Below, in pieces: positions 22,221 to 30,921 of a stretch of 45,301 nucleotides of DNA. A program made the position numbers and the translations under genes. Position 1 is the stretch's first letter; every line of letters starts with the position of its first letter. The stretch is from a bacterium (GTDB taxonomy: Bacteria; SAR324; NAC60-12), in NCBI GenBank assembly GCA_965233585.1, contig CBDDTI010000530.1, positions 1 through 45,301 on the forward strand. The letters are read 5' to 3'. Below the pieces are notes generated by a model that had not been told where the DNA came from, did no database searches, and saw nothing but the letters and a program-made list of their open reading frames with translations.

Positions 22221-22832
22221 ATGACTGACGAAACAGGAATTAGAGACATGTCTGGTTATAGATCCATCATTCCTCCATTCCCAGAAACGCAGATGACCGA
22301 GTCCTGGATGAAAAACGATAGTCAGATGACAATAGCAAATTCTTCACCCGTTACAAACGATGAATCGGAAAATAGTGACACGAGTGGTTATAAAACAATC
22401 ATCCCTCCATTTCCTGAAACTCAGCCGACTGATGCCTGGATTGCCGATGAAAATCAACCAAAAATAGAAACTCCGAATCCATTGTCTTACACCGTACCAA
22501 ACTGTTTTAATTGGTCACCGTTGACGCACCAAAGGTCTTACCATGTTAAAAACATTCTAGAGAATTTGATGGCAAACGTCTCTTACCTCGTTTTTGAGCT
22601 CGAAAAACTAAAGTTGAGTTTTCCCATTGATATGACTCGTGAAGATGCTCACAAAGAAGAAAAGTTATTGGAGAGATCGATTGAAAAATTTCGACAAATG
22701 GCTAGACAGGCGAGAAAATTAAAGAGGGAAATTATGGGTATGTTAGAAGATGGGGTGTATGTTAACCCGCAAAATTACAACCGCTCCAAATACTCCGCGG
22801 CCGCTTCTCTTGAATTTGAAATACAAGAATGA
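22221..22832 (+). CDS. Hypothetical protein with duplicated N-terminal motif and C-terminal coiled-coil-like region (203 aa)
   Basis: ATG ORF after a TATA promoter; SGYRSIIPPFPETQ / SGYKTIIPPFPETQ repeat. Confidence 0.75.
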   Translation: MTDETGIRDMSGYRSIIPPFPETQMTESWMKNDSQMTIANSSPVTNDESENSDTSGYKTIIPPFPETQPTDAWIADENQPKIETPNPLSYTVPNCFNWSPLTHQRSYHVKNILENLMANVSYLVFELEKLKLSFPIDMTREDAHKEEKLLERSIEKFRQMARQARKLKREIMGMLEDGVYVNPQNYNRSKYSAAASLEFEIQE

Positions 22833-23083
22833 GTTCCCCCCGCCAAGACAATTATCAAGTGGCAGACGTGACAAACGTTACCGCCGCCCCCAACATCACA
22901 ACGAACGCCATTAACAAGATTGTAATTAACACCTTGGATAAACTCCTATCGTCGTCAGATAATACAAGAACCTCAACCCCATTTATTATAATGGCATTAA
23001 TTTTTTTCTTGCTCTTTTCAACCGTAGGAGCATTCTACGCTGCTTGGTCAGAACCAGACAAATCAGAAAATGATAATGTTTAA
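22829..23083 (+). CDS. Small single-pass membrane protein (84 aa)
   Basis: ATGA overlap with the upstream ORF; hydrophobic FIIMALIFFLLFSTVGAFYAAW segment. Confidence 0.65.
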   Translation: MSSPRQDNYQVADVTNVTAAPNITTNAINKIVINTLDKLLSSSDNTRTSTPFIIMALIFFLLFSTVGAFYAAWSEPDKSENDNV

Positions 23084-23149
23084 TCGCGTTTAAACTAGAA
23101 ATACACATCAAAATTTTATTTTAATGTGCTCAAATACAGATCATGTTTT

Positions 23150-24742
23150 TTATTTAGGGTTTTGTATAGCTAGATTCATCATGATTTTTTCATTTGTTTC
23201 AAAATTAATCAATTCTCCGTCAAGTCTTTTTAACTGAAAATGCAACAAATCCAGTCGACTTGTATTACACTTTATGTATTCCAAATTTTCAAAATGCGTC
23301 GTCACATAATTGTCTTGTTCCTCGGCTCTATTAATTGGTATAACTTTTAATACAGGGTAAAACTCGTCTCCAATTACCGAGTGATTGACGAAATTGGCAT
23401 AGCAGATCATCACTCCCGGATATAGATAGTGCGGATCTAGACGTTCGTCACTTATAAATTGATTACTTTCATCCGCCAAAACAATGTCATCATCTTGACT
23501 TATTCCTAGCAATAATCTTATTTCATGCGGCACTCTTATCCTTACTACCAAGGAGCGATTGAATTGATTGCCGACCCGTTTTACTTTAAAACGGTCTTTA
23601 TGCGCGGAAATTTGAATGAGACTTTGTAAATCTTTGCTCATACCATTAGACATGGCCTCGATTAATTCATCCGTTGTTTTGATAAACCTCTTCTCAATGC
23701 AAAAGCAAAATTGCATTGTTTCAATCATTACCCCGATTTTCACAGGTGGAAATGTTTCTGTTGGGTCAGGGTTTTGCATGGGCTGTTGCGATATAAATTC
23801 TTTTTTCTCCGGTCCCATAACAATATATTCTTCTTTGATTCCCAAAATGTTTTTAAATTCGGGCGGTATCAGCACTTTTACCTCAGGTGATTTAAATTCG
23901 GCATCGTACGTCGACGGTCCGGTGTAAATTACTCGAAAAAAGATATCGACCGATTCTTTTGTTTTCTCCGTTTGCCCAAATTCAACAAAATTACGTACTA
24001 CGCTGTCTCTTCCGTCGTTTAAGCAATTTAATAAATAAGCAAATGTTTTCTGCTGATCAAGTTTGACCTCGATTTCTTGCTTGAACGGGTCTGTACTTAC
24101 TTTAATTTTCTTATCAAAAACGCTTGACGGAACGCTGTTAACACGATTTGGAAAGGAGATGTCGGCTAAGGCTATTTTAGCTCCTTCGTTCAAATAAATG
24201 GGATGGCTCAAATGTACCTCGAAATTGTTGTTTTTCTGCGCAGGTTTTATGTTGTCGCCCATTTTTGAGTCGACGCGAATGTGCTTTGTCAAATATGACA
24301 TCGCTCGTTTTGTTTTTCGCAAATGAAGTAAAACTAGACTCGGCTGACCCGATTTTAGTTTTAGAAGTTTGTCGGACGCGTCTAGAAACTCAATGCCCAC
24401 TGATTTTATTGAAGTGTTTTGAATAGGATAATATCGTATGTTGCTTAAAGTATGGTAGAAATATTTCCGTTTTTTGCTTGAAGGCAAGTCGGCCACGCAT
24501 AAGATGTGAGAATTCTCGTTTGAGCTTGTAGACACAATGTTGGATTTAACCTGCACCACGTCAAAAACAAAATCTTGTTTCACGTTTAAATGCAGACCAA
24601 AAGCTACAACCCCAACTTCCCAATCTCTTCTTTTGTTTAATTCTAAATTTTTCGGTAAAAAATTGTTAAAACGCGTTAGCGTGTTTACGTAACAATCAGT
24701 GCTGGCGTTTGAAATGCAATATATAAGATGTCCTCCTTTCAT
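23150..24742 (-). CDS. Minor capsid (penton, PX-like) protein with two tandem jelly-roll units (530 aa)
   Basis: SNAS..Y.NT...F.N.LP....L....WEVGV N-terminal motif, repeated at residue 148 (DSK..NNNFEVHLSHPIYL...KIALADISFP). C-terminal YANFVNHSVIGD...PVLKVIP...LEY motif. Confidence 0.8.
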   Translation of the reverse strand: MKGGHLIYCISNASTDCYVNTLTRFNNFLPKNLELNKRRDWEVGVVAFGLHLNVKQDFVFDVVQVKSNIVSTSSNENSHILCVADLPSSKKRKYFYHTLSNIRYYPIQNTSIKSVGIEFLDASDKLLKLKSGQPSLVLLHLRKTKRAMSYLTKHIRVDSKMGDNIKPAQKNNNFEVHLSHPIYLNEGAKIALADISFPNRVNSVPSSVFDKKIKVSTDPFKQEIEVKLDQQKTFAYLLNCLNDGRDSVVRNFVEFGQTEKTKESVDIFFRVIYTGPSTYDAEFKSPEVKVLIPPEFKNILGIKEEYIVMGPEKKEFISQQPMQNPDPTETFPPVKIGVMIETMQFCFCIEKRFIKTTDELIEAMSNGMSKDLQSLIQISAHKDRFKVKRVGNQFNRSLVVRIRVPHEIRLLLGISQDDDIVLADESNQFISDERLDPHYLYPGVMICYANFVNHSVIGDEFYPVLKVIPINRAEEQDNYVTTHFENLEYIKCNTSRLDLLHFQLKRLDGELINFETNEKIMMNLAIQNPK

Positions 24743-24747
24743 ACTTG

Positions 24748-25827
24748 TTACGCCTGATTAATAACGTTATCTTCCGCAATCCAGCTAAGGTTTTTATAGC
24801 CTTTCCACTTGACCAACACCAACTTCTGCCCGGTTCTTTTATCTTTCTTCCTTTTAACAATTTTTTCAATGTGAAATAATTCCGGCGGCTTGGCCAGAGT
24901 CAGCTCATTAGCATAAAAATTTCCCTCTACCGTCTCGTCACCGTCCAGAGTTTCCAGTTCGTATGTAGGTATGGGTAATCGCGTAAACACCCGTTTGATC
25001 TTGTAAATTTCTTCAGTAAATTGCTTATTGTAACCTCTGTCAAATTGAGCTCTGTAGTTACTTATTCTGACCGTCTGGCCTTTCTTAAATTTAGGCGGTC
25101 GCCTCTTTATTTTCGCATAAGCCTCTTCTTGTTTCATTCGGACTTTGGGCGCGTTTTTTGCTTTTTCCGCTTCAGCCGGACTCATACCGATCATTCTATG
25201 TACGCGCGAGTTATACGTCTTTACTAAAGATTGAAGCACGTGGATAAATCGATCCGTACCCCTAGATGTCATATATTTAAACATTAGACTTTTTAGAGAT
25301 CTGTTAAATCTTTCCACAAACGGCGCGTGCACAAAGTTGTCGCTGTGTAAAAGAGTAATGCCATTACGTCGACAGTAGTCTTTAAAAAATTTATTTTTGA
25401 TCTCTAACCCTCTATCAGCTAGAATTTTTCGAGGCGGCTGGCCAGCCTTATTGACAATGGTTTTGAATCCTTGTAAAAAAACCAAAGCTGTCTTGTTTTT
25501 TATGGGTTCAACAAAGGCATATCTCGAAAAAATGTCGATCGCTGTCAGCAAGTAACGATAATTGTCATTCGCGCTTGCCATTTTTCCAATTTCAACCAAG
25601 TCTATTTGGAATTGATATCTTTTGTAATAAACATAGGTTGGGTTCCTAGGTTTTGGAGCCCTAGGTTGTCGGTGCAGAGTATAGGTGTCTGACGCCTGCA
25701 GCCATTTCTTTATTTTATTTATGGGTATGGTCCCGTTAAAATGATTAAAAACGCGGTTCGGCGATGAAAAAGCAAAAGGCGAGCCGGGCGATGTGTAAGC
25801 TTTTAAAAATTCGCGTTTAGTAATCAT
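24748..25827 (-). CDS. int: Retroviral-like (rve) integrase with C-terminal chromodomain
   Basis: YTLHR, FQIDL, IDIFSR, ADRG.E, VERFNR, YN...H..IGMSP; tail IEKI...LVKWKGY..SW. First ATG at 25827 (ORF open from 25857). Confidence 0.95.
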   Translation of the reverse strand: MITKREFLKAYTSPGSPFAFSSPNRVFNHFNGTIPINKIKKWLQASDTYTLHRQPRAPKPRNPTYVYYKRYQFQIDLVEIGKMASANDNYRYLLTAIDIFSRYAFVEPIKNKTALVFLQGFKTIVNKAGQPPRKILADRGLEIKNKFFKDYCRRNGITLLHSDNFVHAPFVERFNRSLKSLMFKYMTSRGTDRFIHVLQSLVKTYNSRVHRMIGMSPAEAEKAKNAPKVRMKQEEAYAKIKRRPPKFKKGQTVRISNYRAQFDRGYNKQFTEEIYKIKRVFTRLPIPTYELETLDGDETVEGNFYANELTLAKPPELFHIEKIVKRKKDKRTGQKLVLVKWKGYKNLSWIAEDNVINQA

Positions 25828-26245
25828 CCTCGTCGTCGTCGTTGTCGTCCTCAACATAAAACAGCGGTTTTTGTTTTGTTTTTCTTCTCTTACCGCTTCC
25901 TACCGCATGCGTGCTATTTTTTCTCTTGACCGGTCTCTTGGACGCCTGTGCAGGCCTACTCGCCTTACCAGCCAGTAAGATGTTTCTAGTCGCGGATTTT
26001 AATCTCTTTTTCGCAGCGGCTCCAACTGCTTTGCCGTCCAAGGCTTCCAGTGCGGTGTCAATGGCCGCTCGTCCCGCCTCTTTTTTCAAATATCGTCCTG
26101 CGGATCTGACACCCTCGCTTCTCGCAATTTTACCGATTGTCTTTGCGGCGCCCTTCGCCACCGGAACCAACGACCGGAAAAGATTGCTAAAAATTGAACC
26201 TAATCCCGCCCCAGCTTGCACAGACGGACCGCGGTGGTATCGCAT
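25817..26245 (-). CDS. Small basic virion core / membrane-active protein (142 aa)
   Basis: QAGAGLGSIFSNLFRSLVP motif (GxG protease-type site followed by an amphipathic helix), as commonly seen in Polintons. Confidence 0.8.
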   Translation of the reverse strand: MRYHRGPSVQAGAGLGSIFSNLFRSLVPVAKGAAKTIGKIARSEGVRSAGRYLKKEAGRAAIDTALEALDGKAVGAAAKKRLKSATRNILLAGKASRPAQASKRPVKRKNSTHAVGSGKRRKTKQKPLFYVEDDNDDDEDDY

Positions 26246-26248
26246 ACT

Positions 26249-26971
26249 TTAACAATTTTCAATTTTTTTGACGCACCTGCTTAAGGCCATCGGACTAACG
26301 CCTAATTGCTCGGCTAAACGTGATAAGCTTTTCGGCTTTTCCTGATCAACCCTACTCCGTTGTTCTCTTAAAAAGACGTGCGCGCATGCCGCGATTAGTG
26401 TTTTTGGCGAAAAAACAAACTTTTTTTCGTGTTGCTTTACTTTCTCTCTAATTTCCTTCAACTCCTTGTAGCTTAGATTTAAAGAGTGAAGAAAATATTC
26501 GCACATTAAATTTGGGCTGTAGAAAGAGTCGTCGTTTTTAAGATATTGCCACACTTTGTCCTGCTTGACGCCGGTTATGGCACATAAATCTTTCATCGGT
26601 CGCGGCACCCCCGACTCTATAAGCGCGGAGTAGATGCACATTACCGCTAAACTTTCTAAACAAACACCTCTTTTCCCTCTTTTCCCGCTAGCGTCCCATT
26701 TTTTGGCGATGACGCGTTTTAAATCCGCGCATTCGATATTGCACTTATAGCATACCCTTTGCATTGTCTCATCAGTAAAATTGTTTTTGTCGCAAGTCAC
26801 ATCCTCGCTCATTTTCTCCGTTTTAATCGATTCGAGCCGATAGTCATACGAGGCATAGAGCCGATCATGCATCACGAGCCCGCAATCTGTACATACTTCA
26901 CACCCGTTTGAAAAATCATCCACAATATTGTAATGAGAACAAGTCCTGTTGAAATTATGAAAGCGAGGCAT
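26249..26971 (-). CDS. TFIIB: TFIIB-like transcription initiation factor (240 aa)
   Basis: Zinc ribbon CSH..VDDFSNG.EVCTDCGLVMHDR; two cyclin-like repeats LAVMCIY....GVPRPMKDLC and SPKTLIAAC...LAEQLGVS...LSR. Confidence 0.88.
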   Translation of the reverse strand: MPRFHNFNRTCSHYNIVDDFSNGCEVCTDCGLVMHDRLYASYDYRLESIKTEKMSEDVTCDKNNFTDETMQRVCYKCNIECADLKRVIAKKWDASGKRGKRGVCLESLAVMCIYSALIESGVPRPMKDLCAITGVKQDKVWQYLKNDDSFYSPNLMCEYFLHSLNLSYKELKEIREKVKQHEKKFVFSPKTLIAACAHVFLREQRSRVDQEKPKSLSRLAEQLGVSPMALSRCVKKIENC

Positions 26972-27014
26972 GTTTATTTCTCCGCACGCGCTGCAAAACT
27001 GAAACGCAAATCAA

Positions 27015-27575
27015 CTATCGATCGCTTTTATATTGTTTCAAAAAATCTATAATAAAGTCCAAACTATGTTTGACCGCATCTTCGGACTTGGCCCCGATGA
27101 TTACCATCTTGCCTGTGGAAAATATTAAAACCGTGTTGGCTTCAAAAGTCACAAACATGCCCGGGAAACGTTCGGGATTGAAGCGTACTTTTTTCACGTA
27201 GCTCTCCTTTCGAAGTTTATCAAAAACGTCCGGCAGCGGTATCTCAAAGCCCGCACGAAAGGAACAAGTTAAATTGTTTATTTCCCATGTTTGCACAAAG
27301 AAACGATTGCTGATAATGTCCGTCAGCAGACTTAACGATATTTTTATATCCGCTCGCGACGGCACTTTGGTAATATTGACATGATATGATTTGTTGTTTC
27401 CGCGGGTCTTGAAAATGGTGTAGACGTATTGTTTCCTCACTACAGTAAAATTACTAAAAACTTTTTGTGACACATCTTTATTTAAGGATAACGGCCCCTC
27501 ATCCGTAAGAATAATTGTGCAGCTAAGCTTTATATTTGTCACAGTGACGTGCTCCGTGTTGTCTAAAAATGTCAT
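27015..27575 (-). CDS. TBP: TATA-box-binding-protein-like factor (186 aa)
   Basis: Two-repeat core: VTNI.LS...NF....YTIF...VNIT and INNLTCS...FNPERFPGMF...TVLIFSTGKMVIIGAKSE. Confidence 0.9.
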   Translation of the reverse strand: MTFLDNTEHVTVTNIKLSCTIILTDEGPLSLNKDVSQKVFSNFTVVRKQYVYTIFKTRGNNKSYHVNITKVPSRADIKISLSLLTDIISNRFFVQTWEINNLTCSFRAGFEIPLPDVFDKLRKESYVKKVRFNPERFPGMFVTFEANTVLIFSTGKMVIIGAKSEDAVKHSLDFIIDFLKQYKSDR

Positions 27576-28909
27576 CGTTGATTAATGGCGGTGTCGGCGG
27601 TTTAAATGTGGATTTCAATGAATTGCAGGGTGATAGTTTGAATGCGCATGCGACCCCCCTCGAAGACACGGATTTAATATCAGGTCGTACTGTGCTATAT
27701 AATAGCGTGACTCCCGTCGAAGATTTAGAAGATGTTACGTTTTCAATTCCTTCCGACCCCGAATGCGCTTTTGTTTTAAATCAGACGAGGCTAGAGGGTT
27801 ACTTTGTGGTAAAGACCGACAGCGGCGAGGGTGTAACAGACACTGACACGCCAACAATTACTAACCATTATTGCGCCGCATTATTCTCGCAAATTGAAGT
27901 CCACCTTAACGGAACTCAAATATGTGATTTGAGTGCTCCTCTTTCTTATTCGTACAAACACCACATTGACTTTCTCCTGTCCTATAACAATAATGTATTA
28001 ACAAATGTGGGACGGTCCGAAGGCTTTTGCCGAACGCACCACGACAAATGCTTTGACAATATTACCACGACCGGTAAAATGTGCCAATGCATCGCGGAGA
28101 ATCGCGCGAAAATAATAAACGACAAAAAAGTTTATTTTAGCTCAACTTTGCCCGCAGATATTTTTTACACCGACAAATATTTACCTCCGAATGTGGAAAT
28201 CACTGTTGTATTACGCAGGTTCAACCCGTGTTTCGGGCTGCTTCAAGATAATCCGAACAAAGTCTATCGCATTCGTTTAAAGGAATTAAAACTTCGCATG
28301 AGAAAAGTGTTACCGTGCGAGCGTGTGCGAAACAGGCTAAACGCCGAACTGCTAAAAGGTCGACCATTTTTTCTGCCTTTTAAAGACACGCAGATGAAGC
28401 ATTATCTGATCCCGTCTGGTTCCCTTAGTTTCTCTGCAAATCACATCAACAATAGCGAGATGTTGCCGCAACAAATTATTTTCTGCATGCTTCGAAGCGA
28501 CCTTTTTGCCAAGGGACCGAGCGATCAATTTCCCTTTAAATTTAAACACGCCGATTTAGGATCCGTCATTTTAAAAAACAATGGAAGACTTCTCATGCCT
28601 AGACCTATAGAATGCAAGATACTTACAGGCGATTATATGGAATTGTACGACCATTTTCAAAGCAACGTCGGCGGCAGAAATTGTATTTCACCCCAAGCTT
28701 TTACAGAGGGTCAGATGTTTCTCGCGTTCGACCTGACTCCGGATAAATGCCTATCCTTTCACAATCACGTCGGAGTGTCCGGAAATTTAGAACTAGACTT
28801 GACTTTTAACACCCCCACCAGAACCCCCCTAACCCTGATTTCTTACGCTATTTATAATGCCGCCATTTCCATCGACAGCAACCTTCAGGTTACCAAAATA
28901 AAATATTAA
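27569..28909 (+). CDS. Major capsid protein 1 (double jelly-roll, PY-like; 446 aa)
   Basis: LFSQIEVHLNG, ADIF..DKYLPPNV, LKLRMRKV, PF.F.H, AFDLTPD, GNL.L.L.F motifs; position next to the protease. Confidence 0.88.
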   Translation: MSSLINGGVGGLNVDFNELQGDSLNAHATPLEDTDLISGRTVLYNSVTPVEDLEDVTFSIPSDPECAFVLNQTRLEGYFVVKTDSGEGVTDTDTPTITNHYCAALFSQIEVHLNGTQICDLSAPLSYSYKHHIDFLLSYNNNVLTNVGRSEGFCRTHHDKCFDNITTTGKMCQCIAENRAKIINDKKVYFSSTLPADIFYTDKYLPPNVEITVVLRRFNPCFGLLQDNPNKVYRIRLKELKLRMRKVLPCERVRNRLNAELLKGRPFFLPFKDTQMKHYLIPSGSLSFSANHINNSEMLPQQIIFCMLRSDLFAKGPSDQFPFKFKHADLGSVILKNNGRLLMPRPIECKILTGDYMELYDHFQSNVGGRNCISPQAFTEGQMFLAFDLTPDKCLSFHNHVGVSGNLELDLTFNTPTRTPLTLISYAIYNAAISIDSNLQVTKIKY

Positions 28910-28978
28910 AATTGCACACCACCGACTCCCTCTTTTTAAGAAGAACAGAAAACTACAGACTAGCATGCATTTTCGACA

Positions 28979-30313
28979 ATGACTGAAAAGGGTGGCATCG
29001 GAGGTCTAGGGTTCGAGCAGGACGATTTGACAGAACAAGCTCTTGATCTGCACGCGCCGCTCGGGGTCGATATAAGCCTTGAAAAAGGCAATGATGTGGT
29101 CTACAACAGCGTTTCCAGCGTTTCAAACACCGGACCGATCGAATTCATCATCCCGCGAGACGAAGAGTGTTCCATCATTCTGGATCAGACTAGATTAATA
29201 GGGCATTTCGTTGTCAAGACAGCAAAGGATGAAAATGTCGGACCCGACGATCGAGTCTTTCTGGCCAATAATTTCGCGAGCAATCTATTTAGCGCGGTTG
29301 AAATCTACATTAACGGTACTCAAGTCTGCGACTTGAGCACGGCAAATTCCTACCCTTTCATAAACTTTATCCAGACCGAGTTGTCGTTTGATAGAGAGGC
29401 CAAACAGAGTCAGCTAAGAGCCGAAGGTTATTTTGAAGAAAAAGAAAACGATATTGGAGCTTGCGAGCCCGGTATAAATCAGCGTTTAATACACCGTCGA
29501 AATCTTATACTTCACGGCAAAAAAGTTTATTTCTGCTCTCGATTGGGGGCGGATATTATGTATACGGATAAGTATATGCCACCGAATGTCGACATCAAGA
29601 TTAAGCTTATTAGAAACAGTCCGACATTCGGTATTCTTCACGCCGAAGATGACAAATCTTTTAAAATCGTTTTAAAGGATTTAAAGTTGAAAATGAGAAA
29701 AGTTTTGCCGGTCGAGCAGCAGAGAAAGCAATTTAGGATGAAAATGTCTCAACAGCCCTGCTATATACCCTTTAAGCTGAGTCAGTTGAAGGTTTTTGTG
29801 ATTCCAGCCGGCGTCACATCGTACACCGTTACCAATATTGCCTCACAAATACTGCCCAAACAAGTTATTTTCACCCTAATTCACAACCAAGCCTTGACGC
29901 ACGATAGCAAATTCAACCCGTTCGACTTTCAACACTTTGATCTTAATTATTTCAATCTTATTAAAAACGGACAATGCGTCTTCCCAAAAGCTTTTCAGCC
30001 GGATTTTGATGATGATAACTACATGGACCTGTACAGACACATGTACGACAGCACGGGTTTCGGCATTTCAAATAGTTCTTGCGACATTTCGCCCGCGGTT
30101 TTTAAGAGAGGAAGATGTTTTCTAACTGCCGATTTGACCCCCGATCGCTGCAACAGTTTTCACATTCACCCCGACGAAAAAGGCAAGTTGGATTTGGAAT
30201 TAGGCTTTAAAACAGCCAAGCCTCACCCCATCTACCTGCTAGCCTACAGCATTTTTAATTCCGGAATTAAAATAGAGGAGAACGGCCAAGTTGTTAGGGC
30301 CGAAGAGCGATAA
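28979..30313 (+). CDS. Major capsid protein 2 (paralogue; 444 aa)
   Basis: GPIEF.IP, LFSAVEIYING, DKYMPPNVD, NPFDFQHFDLN, DLTPD motifs; colinear with MCP1. Confidence 0.9.
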   Translation: MTEKGGIGGLGFEQDDLTEQALDLHAPLGVDISLEKGNDVVYNSVSSVSNTGPIEFIIPRDEECSIILDQTRLIGHFVVKTAKDENVGPDDRVFLANNFASNLFSAVEIYINGTQVCDLSTANSYPFINFIQTELSFDREAKQSQLRAEGYFEEKENDIGACEPGINQRLIHRRNLILHGKKVYFCSRLGADIMYTDKYMPPNVDIKIKLIRNSPTFGILHAEDDKSFKIVLKDLKLKMRKVLPVEQQRKQFRMKMSQQPCYIPFKLSQLKVFVIPAGVTSYTVTNIASQILPKQVIFTLIHNQALTHDSKFNPFDFQHFDLNYFNLIKNGQCVFPKAFQPDFDDDNYMDLYRHMYDSTGFGISNSSCDISPAVFKRGRCFLTADLTPDRCNSFHIHPDEKGKLDLELGFKTAKPHPIYLLAYSIFNSGIKIEENGQVVRAEER

Positions 30314-30798
30314 TGGCCGGTTTGAGCAACGTATTTCTAGATCGGTTTTTATCCCCACTTTGCAAGAATTTCATCGGCACCTTTGCAGTCGACACGATAC
30401 CTTCAAACTTGTGGAACACTAGCTGTTGCGCCATCGTCAATCTTTCGGTTTCAAGCCATCCCGGCAGTCATTTCATCGCCTTTTTTATTAATAAGCAAAA
30501 CTATTTGTATTATTTCGACAGCTATGCACTACCCGTGCCCGCCTATAATCACCACCTCATCCATTTTTTGAAAAAATGGGAAAATTGCGGCAGAATAAGA
30601 CATGTCCTGGACCGATCGATTCAAGCTTTCGATTCATTGTTTTGCGGGTGGTATGCTGCCGCATTCTGCATGTTTGTCAATGCATACGCAAACGCGAATC
30701 CGCGGCACTTTTGCACTTTTTTTAATCCCGTTAATTTACGCGAAAATGAAAAACGCGTCAAACATTTAGTTAATTGTTTGCAAGTCAAGCTTTATTAG
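30313..30798 (+). CDS. Adenain/Ulp1-like cysteine maturation protease (161 aa)
   Basis: IVN......GSHF (His), YFDSY (Asp), IQ.....CG.Y (Gln, Cys); TAATG stop-start overlap with MCP2. Confidence 0.93.
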   Translation: MAGLSNVFLDRFLSPLCKNFIGTFAVDTIPSNLWNTSCCAIVNLSVSSHPGSHFIAFFINKQNYLYYFDSYALPVPAYNHHLIHFLKKWENCGRIRHVLDRSIQAFDSLFCGWYAAAFCMFVNAYANANPRHFCTFFNPVNLRENEKRVKHLVNCLQVKLY

Positions 30799-30921
30799 AA
30801 TATACAGAATTGCCTATAATGTTTTAGTTAATAAAAAGCCGCAAATCTGATTTCTGTTCTGCAGCAAAGCTGCAGTCGCCGCCGTTGCCGCGGCTGTTGC
30901 CGCGGTTGCACACACGCATCT

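Noticed and set aside
24738..26252. Shared AAGTATG at the penton and core-protein starts as a late promoter motif
   Set aside because: Only two instances, overlapping stop and Kozak context, and absent at the MCP, protease and ATPase starts.
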